Of a DNA stretch of 64,000 nt, positions 56,699-64,000 are shown piece by piece. The stretch lies in sequence record NC_070962.1. One strand, 5' to 3'. Each line of letters starts with the position of its first letter. Position 1 is the stretch's first letter. Under the pieces are notes generated by a model that was not told the origin of the DNA, ran no database searches, and was given only the letters and a program-made list of their open reading frames with translations. A program made the position numbers and the translations under genes.

Positions 56699-57289
56699 AT
56701 GTCGAATGCTTACAAAAGACAGATTCAAAATAGAAATTTTCTGTCACCAGTTGGATTTAAATTCTCTTTAGCAAGAGCACCTCAACTGGCATATTTTACC
56801 AATTCAGCAAATATTCCTGGACTTAGTTTAGGGGTTGCAGAGCAGGGATCTTACCTAAAGGTAATTCCTGTTCCTGGTGACATGATGGATTTTAATGATT
56901 TTACAGTAAGATTTTTAGTTGATGAAGATTTAAAAAATTATCTAGAAATACAAAACTGGATTAGAGGATTGGGTTTTCCAGAATCACTTTCAGAAGTTTA
57001 TGATTTACAGAAAGAAACAACTTTGACTGGGAAACCATTTTCTCAAAATACTCAAATGAATGTATATTCGGATGGTGTATTACAGATATTAACAAATACT
57101 GAAAATTTACAATATAATGTAATGTTTAAAGATATGTTCCCAGTATCTTTATCAGATTTAGAATTCGATTCTACGGATACAGACATTCAATATTTCAGTG
57201 CATCAGTAACTTTCAAATACTCTGTCTATACAATAACTAACGAGTATAATGTAAACGTAGCAGGTAATTCTTCAACAAATAATTTGTAA
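56699..57289 (+). CDS. gp3: tail completion protein gp3
   Basis: NRNFLSPVGFKF, F....NIPGL.LG, FLVDEDLKNYLEIQNW and FKDMFPVSLSDLEF; TAAATA at 56670-56675. Confidence 0.8.
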   Translation: MSNAYKRQIQNRNFLSPVGFKFSLARAPQLAYFTNSANIPGLSLGVAEQGSYLKVIPVPGDMMDFNDFTVRFLVDEDLKNYLEIQNWIRGLGFPESLSEVYDLQKETTLTGKPFSQNTQMNVYSDGVLQILTNTENLQYNVMFKDMFPVSLSDLEFDSTDTDIQYFSASVTFKYSVYTITNEYNVNVAGNSSTNNL

Positions 57290-57298
57290 TTTTTAATT

Positions 57299-57736
57299 AT
57301 GACATTTGACATTAGTATGATTAAATCGATGTGGGAAAAAGATTCTCAAATCGATATGGATAATTTGCATCAGGAGTCAATAAACATTCCTGTTTTGCAT
57401 TCTAAATACTATGACATTTACAATAATCTGCTTCTCCTAAAAGCAAAGGCAGAGCAGCAAAGAAAAAATGTCAGACACGAAAGATATGAATATTATTCTG
57501 GTAAAGCAGATCCCGATGTTTATCAGAAAGATCCTTTTCCTAAAAAAGTAAGAGATAAAGATGCTATGAACAAGTATCTTGATGCTGATAAGAAACTATC
57601 TACTATCAGTATGAAGATCGAATATTATCAGGTAATGATCAACTATGTTGATAGTATTCTTAAACAAATATCTAATCGAACATACCAAATAAAAAACTCA
57701 ATTGAATTTTTGAAATTCCAAGCTGGATATGGCTAA
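57299..57736 (+). CDS. uvsY: recombination mediator UvsY
   Basis: WEKDSQID...IPVLHSKY...YEYYSGKA...NRTYQIKNSIEFLKFQAG; upstream of uvsW. Confidence 0.9.
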   Translation: MTFDISMIKSMWEKDSQIDMDNLHQESINIPVLHSKYYDIYNNLLLLKAKAEQQRKNVRHERYEYYSGKADPDVYQKDPFPKKVRDKDAMNKYLDADKKLSTISMKIEYYQVMINYVDSILKQISNRTYQIKNSIEFLKFQAGYG

Positions 57737-59192
57737 TCTAATTATTGAAAAAGTAAACGAAGTATATCTTAAAATCAAAACTGAACCACACATTGAATAC
57801 GAATTAAGAGATCATTTTAGATTTGAAGTTCCTGGGGCAAAGTTTATGCCCCAATATCGTAAAAGAAATTGGAACGGAGAGATACACTTATTTGATATGA
57901 GAACAAAGAGACTTTACATAGGTCTCTTACATAGACTTGTCGAATTTTGTAGCAATTACAATTACACGTATGAGTTTGTATCAAACAAGTACTATGGTAA
58001 ACCTTTTGAAGTCAATAAAGAAATTAGTCTAGAAGGAGTTAAGGATTATCTTGCTTCGATAACTGCTCTAACCCCAAGAAATTATCAGATTGAAGCAGTC
58101 CATGATGCATTAAAATATAACAGAAAGATTCTGTTAAGTCCCACTGCGTCAGGAAAAAGTCTGATGATTTACGCTGTCGTGAGATATCATGTGGATAAAG
58201 GTCGAAAAATTCTTGTAGTTGTTCCAACGACCAGTCTAGTAGATCAACTCGTCTCTGACTTTCGGGACTATGGATGGGATTCTGATTCATACTGTCACAA
58301 AATATACGCAGGATGTGAAAAACAAACGGATCTCCCTGTAACCGTTACTACATGGCAGTCTATTTATAAATTAGAACGTAGTTATTTTGAAGACTTTGAT
58401 GTAGTCATTGGTGATGAGGCACACTTATTTAAGAGTAAGTCTCTCATTACAATCATGACACACCTCCATCATACTAAGTATCGGTATGGTTTTACTGGAA
58501 CACTTGATGGAACTCAAACTCACAAATGGGTTCTAGAGGGATTATTTGGTCCTTGTTATCGTGTGACAAGAACATCAGAACTGATGGAGAAAGGACATGT
58601 ATCAGATTTAGAAATTAGATGTCTCATTTTAAAGCATGATCCTAGAAAGTTTGATACTTATGAAGATGAAATACAATATTTAATTACGCATGAAAGAAGA
58701 AATAAATTTATAATCAATCTTGCGAAAGGATTGGAAGGTAATACATTAATACTTTATAGTCGGGTTGCCACACATGGTGAACCTCTTTTTGAAAAGATAA
58801 ATAGTTCCGTAAGTGAAGGACGAAAGGTATTTTTTGTCCACGGTGGAGTTGACTCTGAAGAAAGAGAAGAAGTCCGACGAATAACTGAGAATGAAAGTAA
58901 TGCAATTATTGTAGCATCATATGGAACTTTCTCAACGGGAATTAACATTAGAAATCTTCATAATGTTATTTTTGCTAGTCCGTCTAAATCAAGAATCCGC
59001 AATTTACAATCAATAGGTAGAGTTTTAAGAAAGGGTAAGAATAAGAATAAAGCAACTCTTTATGATATTGCAGATGACTGCACAGTTAGAAGTTTGAAAA
59101 ACTATACTCTCAATCACCTTATTGAAAGAATTAAAATCTATAATCAAGAAAAATTTAATTACGATATTATAAACATCGATTTAAAAAATTAA
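57729..59192 (+). CDS. uvsW: RNA-DNA/DNA-DNA helicase UvsW
   Basis: SPTASGKS, VVPTTSLVDQ, IGDEAH, GFTGTL and LQSIGRVLRKG. Confidence 0.96.
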   Translation: MANLIIEKVNEVYLKIKTEPHIEYELRDHFRFEVPGAKFMPQYRKRNWNGEIHLFDMRTKRLYIGLLHRLVEFCSNYNYTYEFVSNKYYGKPFEVNKEISLEGVKDYLASITALTPRNYQIEAVHDALKYNRKILLSPTASGKSLMIYAVVRYHVDKGRKILVVVPTTSLVDQLVSDFRDYGWDSDSYCHKIYAGCEKQTDLPVTVTTWQSIYKLERSYFEDFDVVIGDEAHLFKSKSLITIMTHLHHTKYRYGFTGTLDGTQTHKWVLEGLFGPCYRVTRTSELMEKGHVSDLEIRCLILKHDPRKFDTYEDEIQYLITHERRNKFIINLAKGLEGNTLILYSRVATHGEPLFEKINSSVSEGRKVFFVHGGVDSEEREEVRRITENESNAIIVASYGTFSTGINIRNLHNVIFASPSKSRIRNLQSIGRVLRKGKNKNKATLYDIADDCTVRSLKNYTLNHLIERIKIYNQEKFNYDIINIDLKN

Positions 59193-59581
59193 TGGAAAAA
59201 CAATATACAGATTTTTACGCAACAATAAAACTTAAAAATACTGAAGAAATATTCTCTATGGTATCACCTTCTAACGAAGGTGATAAAACATTTCTAATGT
59301 TATTAGATCCAGTTACTATTGATGAAATAGTAATTAGAGGTCAAGCATGTTATAAAATAGATCCTTGGTTAAAAACATCATCTTCAGACATGATACTTTT
59401 GAATATGGAAGATGTTTTAACAATAGTAGAATGTCAAGATGATCATACAATTAAAATGTATAGATCTTTTTGTAGAAAAACAAAGGAAGATAATCAAAAA
59501 TATAAACTAAGTAGAAAAATGGGATATCTATCTTCTGTAGATGATACCCGTAAGTACTTAGAAAAACTCTTTAAAAGCTAG
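59192..59581 (+). CDS. conserved T4-like hypothetical protein (possible Sm-like fold) between uvsW and gp55
   Basis: FYATIKLKNTEEIF and IDPWLKTSSSDM; conserved position. Confidence 0.7.
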   Translation: MEKQYTDFYATIKLKNTEEIFSMVSPSNEGDKTFLMLLDPVTIDEIVIRGQACYKIDPWLKTSSSDMILLNMEDVLTIVECQDDHTIKMYRSFCRKTKEDNQKYKLSRKMGYLSSVDDTRKYLEKLFKS

Positions 59582-59615
59582 TAGCTATAACTTCCTTATC
59601 AACCTCAACAGAGAT

Positions 59616-59644
59616 ATTCTACTCATATTTTACATGTTTGTCAA
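59616..59644 (-). promoter_or_regulatory. antisense sigma70 promoter
   Basis: On the minus strand: TTGACA (59644-59639), 17 bp, TAGAAT (59621-59616). Confidence 0.6.
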
Positions 59645-59657
59645 GCTATGCTATAAT
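59629..59657 (+). promoter_or_regulatory. sigma70 promoter for gp55, extended -10
   Basis: TTTACA (59629-59634), 17 bp, TATAAT (59652-59657), with TG at 59649-59650. Confidence 0.8.
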
Positions 59658-59687
59658 AAGAACATATTGAATTACTGGTAAAGATGA

Positions 59688-60185
59688 ATGCCAAGAAAAA
59701 AACAATCAGAACATTATGTAAATAACAGAGAGTTTCTAGATGCAATCGTAGAATACAAGAAGGCAATTGCTGAAGCAGCAGAGAAAGGTGAACCAAAACC
59801 TCGTATTACAAATTACCTTGGAGAGTGTTTCCTTAAGATTGCAACTCATTTATCATACAAACCAAACTTTGTCAACTACATCTTCAAAGATGACATGATC
59901 TCTGATGGAGTTGAGAATTGTATTCAGTATATTCATAATTTCAATCCAGAGAAATCTACAAATCCTTTCGCATACTTTACTCAAATTATTCACTATGCGT
60001 TTCTGAGACGTATTCAGAAAGAGAAGAAGCAGTTGGATATTAAGAATAAAATTTTAGAAAAGACGGGATATGATCAAGTGTTTGTCAATGACAATACTAT
60101 TGACAACTCAAATTATGCAGACTATAATAGCATCAAAGATGCTGTCTATTCTAAACTCAGAGGAATGGGTTCAAATAACGTATGA
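59688..60185 (+). CDS. gp55: late-transcription sigma factor gp55
   Basis: HYVNNREF, YLGECFLKIATHLSYKPNF, DMISDGVENC and NPFAYFTQIIHYAFLRRIQKEKKQ. Confidence 0.96.
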   Translation: MPRKKQSEHYVNNREFLDAIVEYKKAIAEAAEKGEPKPRITNYLGECFLKIATHLSYKPNFVNYIFKDDMISDGVENCIQYIHNFNPEKSTNPFAYFTQIIHYAFLRRIQKEKKQLDIKNKILEKTGYDQVFVNDNTIDNSNYADYNSIKDAVYSKLRGMGSNNV

Positions 60186-61231
60186 AGATTGCCCTTATTA
60201 CCGATCAACACTTTGGAGCACGTAAGAATTCAAAACTCTTTCATGATTTCTTTCTGAAGTTTTACAATGATGTATTTTTCCCGACTCTGAAAGAGGAGGG
60301 AATCACTACGATTGTTGATATGGGGGATACTTTTGACAACAGAACTGGTATTAACTTTAGTTCACTAAAGTGGGCAAAAGATAATTATTATGATGTTCTG
60401 GAAAGTATGGGATGTAAAGTCCATACTATTGTAGGAAATCATACTGCATTTTATAAAAATACTAATAATGTAAATGCAGTTGACCTTCTTCTTCGTGAAT
60501 ATAAGAATGTTGAAGTATATTCCGAACCTTCTGAGGTTACTATTGATGGTCTAAAACTGATGTTTATTCCGTGGATTAACAAAGAAAATGAGGAAACTAC
60601 TTTCAAACTTCTTAAAAAGACAACTAGCAAGATTGCGATGGGGCACCTTGAACTCCGAGGATTTGCTGCTAATAAACAGTGCATCATGGAGCATGGTCAT
60701 GAGAGCAAATTATTTAAGAAGTTCACCAAGGTCTTCAGCGGTCACTATCACACTAGATCGAATGATCAAAACATCCACTACACAGGAAACGCATATGAAA
60801 TCTACTGGAACGATGTAAATGATGTACGTGGATTTACAATCTTTGATACTGAAACTTTAGAGCATAGGTTTGTCAATAATCCTTATAGTATTTTTCATCA
60901 TGTTTACTATGAAGATACTGACTACAAGACCTTTGACTTTTCAAAATATCAGAATATGATTGTAAAAGTCATTGTCAGGAAGAAGACTAACAACAAAAAC
61001 TTTGAAAAGTTTATTGATAAGTTTTATGTTGCAAACGTTGCTGATCTAAAGATTATAGAAAGTCAAGACTTTAATGGTTGGTATTCAAAAGATCAAATTG
61101 AAGAGATTGAATCTGAGAACACTTTGAGTTTGTTAAATAAGTACATACAAGAGTCTGAGATTGATTTGGATAAATCAGAACTATCTAAAATTATCAAAGA
61201 GGTGTATCAGGAAGCTTGCGAAATGATCTAG
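60182..61231 (+). CDS. gp47: recombination endonuclease subunit gp47 (SbcD/Mre11-like)
   Basis: TDQHFG, MGDTFD, VGNH, GHLE and FSGHYH metallophosphoesterase motifs. Confidence 0.96.
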   Translation: MKIALITDQHFGARKNSKLFHDFFLKFYNDVFFPTLKEEGITTIVDMGDTFDNRTGINFSSLKWAKDNYYDVLESMGCKVHTIVGNHTAFYKNTNNVNAVDLLLREYKNVEVYSEPSEVTIDGLKLMFIPWINKENEETTFKLLKKTTSKIAMGHLELRGFAANKQCIMEHGHESKLFKKFTKVFSGHYHTRSNDQNIHYTGNAYEIYWNDVNDVRGFTIFDTETLEHRFVNNPYSIFHHVYYEDTDYKTFDFSKYQNMIVKVIVRKKTNNKNFEKFIDKFYVANVADLKIIESQDFNGWYSKDQIEEIESENTLSLLNKYIQESEIDLDKSELSKIIKEVYQEACEMI

Positions 61232-61232
61232 T

Positions 61233-61502
61233 ATGTACATCATTGTAATCGACGGAGAAGAAGATAGGGGAGCATATTCTGTAGCAGATGAGAATGGTGA
61301 AAACGTTCTATACATCTGGGAGAATGAAGATGATGTAGAACGTTTTGTCATGATGCTTGAGGAAAGTGGTTCTCCGAAGATGAGATCTGTCGAAGTTGAA
61401 GAAGATTTATTATTTGAAACATGTAGTCAACATGGTTACATGTATGCTATTATTGGTAGTGATGAGTTAGTGGTTCCGCCCGAAGAGCATGATTTATTTT
61501 AA
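61233..61502 (+). CDS. small acidic hypothetical protein between gp47 and gp46
   Basis: 89 aa; GAYSV..E.GE.VLYIWE.EDD.ERF; conserved position. Confidence 0.7.
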   Translation: MYIIVIDGEEDRGAYSVADENGENVLYIWENEDDVERFVMMLEESGSPKMRSVEVEEDLLFETCSQHGYMYAIIGSDELVVPPEEHDLF

Positions 61503-63204
61503 GAAAATTAGTTGGAAAAACTTTCTCTCAACTGGTAATCAATTTACCGAAGTCCAACTTGATGAATGTCAGAATAGTTTAATTATAGGAACAAATGGTG
61601 CAGGAAAATCTACAATCCTTGATGCACTGACATTTGTTCTGTTTGGAAAATCATTTCGTAAGATTAATAAACCGCAACTTATTAACTCTACGAATGAAAA
61701 GGATTGTGTTGTAAATATTGATTTTAGAATTGGATCAGTAGAATGGTCTATTGTCCGTGGCATTAAACCAAACATCTTTGAGATTTATCGTGATGGAACT
61801 CTTCTAGATCAAGCAGCATCTGCAAATGATCAGCAAAAATATCTTGAGCAAAGTATTCTCAAGATGAATTATAAGTCTTTTACTCAGATCGTAATTCTGG
61901 GAAGTAGTAATTTTACACCGTTTATGCAACTGCCAGCATCGGGTAGACGGGAAGTTATTGAAGATATTTTGGATATTAAAGTTTTTTCTACGATGAATAA
62001 TATCATCAAGGATCAACTTAGGAAGCATCGGGAAGATATTAAAGTATTGAATCTTAAAAAGGAATCAGTATCTGACAAAGTTTTGATGCAAGAAAACTTT
62101 ATTAAAGAACTTGATACCCGAGGAAAGAATACTCTGCAAAAATACGAAGATAAGATTAGTGAGTTGAATATTGATATTGATGTCTTCAATCAGAATAACA
62201 AGATTGAGGAGAAAGAAATTCTGAGATATCGAAAAGAACTTGAAAGTGTTCAAGATGCTAAAACTAAAATTCGTACACTTGGTAATCTGAAAGGAAAGAT
62301 CTCGCAGAAGATGGATTCCATCAAACGTGAGCAAAATTTCTTTTCAGATAATCTCACTTGTCCTACTTGTGAGCAAACAATCGAAGAGTCATTTCGTACA
62401 CAACGATTGAAAAATTCAAATACAAAACTAAAAGAACTGGAGGATGGTTTTGAACAACTTATCGATACTATCAAGTCTGAAGAATTTCGTGAGTCAGTTT
62501 ATGACAACATTACGAAATCTATTATGGAGTCCCAAAGTAAAATTAGCACCAATAGTGCTAAGATCTCATCACTACAGGCACAGATAACTGGACTCAATCA
62601 TGAGATTAAAACTCTCAATGATCAGTCAACCAATAAGAATGAAGAGAAAGAAAAATTAAATGCTTATAAAGAAAGTCTTGAAAAAGTCTTTGATGATTTG
62701 ACGGAGAAGAGAATTAAAGTCTCTAATCACGATTTTCTCCATGAACTTCTGAAGGATAGTGGAGTAAAGTCAAAGATTATTGAAAAGTATCTTCCACTCA
62801 TCAATCAACAAGTATCAAAGTATCTTCAGATGATGGAGTTCTACATCAACTTCAAACTTGATGAAGAGTTTAATGAAACTGTTGAGTCACCAATTCATGA
62901 AGACTTTTCTTATTCTTCATTCTCTGAGGGTGAAAAACAACGCATTGACCTAGCACTATTGTTTACTTGGAGAGAAGTTGCTAAGATTAAAAACTCTACT
63001 AGCACCAATCTTTTGATTATGGATGAGATCTTTGATTCTTCACTCGATGGATTTGGTACAGATGACTTCCTGAAGATTATTCGTTTTGTTGTTAAGGATG
63101 CAAACGTATTTGTTATTTCTCACAAAGAATCTCTTCATGACAAATTTGATAGAGTTATTAAATTTGAAAAACGTAAAAACTTCTCCCAGATTGTAGAGTC
63201 ATGA
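61489..63204 (+). CDS. gp46: recombination endonuclease ATPase subunit gp46 (SbcC/Rad50-like)
   Basis: GTNGAGKST, central CPTC hook, FSEGEKQRIDLALL, LIMDE and ISH. Confidence 0.97.
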   Translation: MIYFKKISWKNFLSTGNQFTEVQLDECQNSLIIGTNGAGKSTILDALTFVLFGKSFRKINKPQLINSTNEKDCVVNIDFRIGSVEWSIVRGIKPNIFEIYRDGTLLDQAASANDQQKYLEQSILKMNYKSFTQIVILGSSNFTPFMQLPASGRREVIEDILDIKVFSTMNNIIKDQLRKHREDIKVLNLKKESVSDKVLMQENFIKELDTRGKNTLQKYEDKISELNIDIDVFNQNNKIEEKEILRYRKELESVQDAKTKIRTLGNLKGKISQKMDSIKREQNFFSDNLTCPTCEQTIEESFRTQRLKNSNTKLKELEDGFEQLIDTIKSEEFRESVYDNITKSIMESQSKISTNSAKISSLQAQITGLNHEIKTLNDQSTNKNEEKEKLNAYKESLEKVFDDLTEKRIKVSNHDFLHELLKDSGVKSKIIEKYLPLINQQVSKYLQMMEFYINFKLDEEFNETVESPIHEDFSYSSFSEGEKQRIDLALLFTWREVAKIKNSTSTNLLIMDEIFDSSLDGFGTDDFLKIIRFVVKDANVFVISHKESLHDKFDRVIKFEKRKNFSQIVES

Positions 63205-64000
63205 AATTTGTAACTTTAGCAGGATTACCTAGAAGTGGATCAACTCTTCTAGGTAATCTTTTACAGCAGCATCCAGATATGACTGTAGAGATGGATTCTG
63301 TTTTGTCCATGATACTTACAAACATGTCTCAACATGCTGAAAAAGTTTATAGTGAAACTCAGCATACAATGAATGAAATGAAAACATTGTATCAGTCTTT
63401 TATGAGAGCAGGAATATCTTCGTGGTTAGAAAATTTATGCAATACTAATGTTTATGTTGATAAGGATAGAAGTTGGGCAGTAGATTTTGATTTATTATTT
63501 AATCTTGTTCCCACAGCAAAGGTAATTTATGTTGTTAGGGACCTGAGAGGAGTTATATCTTCATTGGAAAAAATGGAAACACAAAATAGAGTTATGTCTC
63601 CATCAACTCCAGAACTATATCCATTTGAAACTAGAGAGGAATATCATGACGTTGATTTGATGGATAAAAGAATCGAGTCATATATGAATGGTGATATGCT
63701 TTATACTCCATTATTTGCATTGAAAGAAATTTTAGATTGCGAAAGAAAATATTTGAAGAACTTTAAGTTTGTTAGATATGAAGATTTAATTGAAGATCCA
63801 CAGAAAGTATTATCTAATATCTACAATTTTATTGGTGCTGATGATTATACGAATGATCTGAATAATGTAACGCAAAGATATCACCACGATTCAATATATG
63901 CACCTTGGGGTGATCATACGATACGTCCCAAGGTAGTTTCTAAAAAAGAAACATATGAGTTTCCGTTGATAAAACGGAAATCTCAACATAAAATACTAAG
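63201..64000 (+). CDS. PAPS-dependent sulfotransferase (3' end outside the window)
   Basis: Absent from the ORF track. ATG 63201 gives MKFVTLAGLPRSGSTLL (5'-PSB loop), VIYVVRDLRGVISS (3'-PB) and VRYEDL; the frame stays open to base 64000. Confidence 0.85.
   Translation, partial: MKFVTLAGLPRSGSTLLGNLLQQHPDMTVEMDSVLSMILTNMSQHAEKVYSETQHTMNEMKTLYQSFMRAGISSWLENLCNTNVYVDKDRSWAVDFDLLFNLVPTAKVIYVVRDLRGVISSLEKMETQNRVMSPSTPELYPFETREEYHDVDLMDKRIESYMNGDMLYTPLFALKEILDCERKYLKNFKFVRYEDLIEDPQKVLSNIYNFIGADDYTNDLNNVTQRYHHDSIYAPWGDHTIRPKVVSKKETYEFPLIKRKSQHKIL

Noticed and set aside
1-64000. tRNA, rRNA or photosynthesis genes (psbA, hli) often carried by cyanophages
   Set aside because: I saw no cloverleaf/T-loop patterns or matching protein motifs; if present they lie outside this window.

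Overview
A 64-kb, AT-rich, almost entirely plus-strand segment of a T4-like cyanomyovirus genome (Synechococcus/Prochlorococcus-type phage, inferred from gene content, order and sequence motifs). From left to right it holds: small accessory genes (2OG-Fe(II) oxygenase, GT-A-like protein, flavin-dependent halogenase-like protein); a tiny early-type island bracketed by two non-coding blocks; the baseplate module (gp25, gp6, a 4120-aa gp7-like protein, gp8, a 2603-aa VrlC/DUF4815-like protein); neck and tail-completion genes (gp13, gp14, gp15); gp16, then fibre and internal-head genes, then gp17; the tail and head module (gp18-gp23); gp3, uvsY, uvsW, gp55, gp47, gp46; and a sulfotransferase cut off by the window end. 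I found no tRNA, rRNA, CRISPR array, integrase or reverse transcriptase. The best leads are (1) a 517-aa Cys/Lys-rich protein that looks like a polyprotein cut by the prohead protease, next to a gene with a T4-type capsid-targeting sequence; (2) a 110-aa Pro/Arg tract containing (PR)17 inside the VrlC-like protein; (3) a nested A-A-A-B-B-B domain arrangement in a 1478-aa fibre protein; (4) an origin-like locus with cyanobacterial-type DnaA boxes and an ORF-less leftward promoter; and (5) overlapping divergent sigma70 promoters in front of gp55. All family calls come from motif recognition and synteny; no database search was run.
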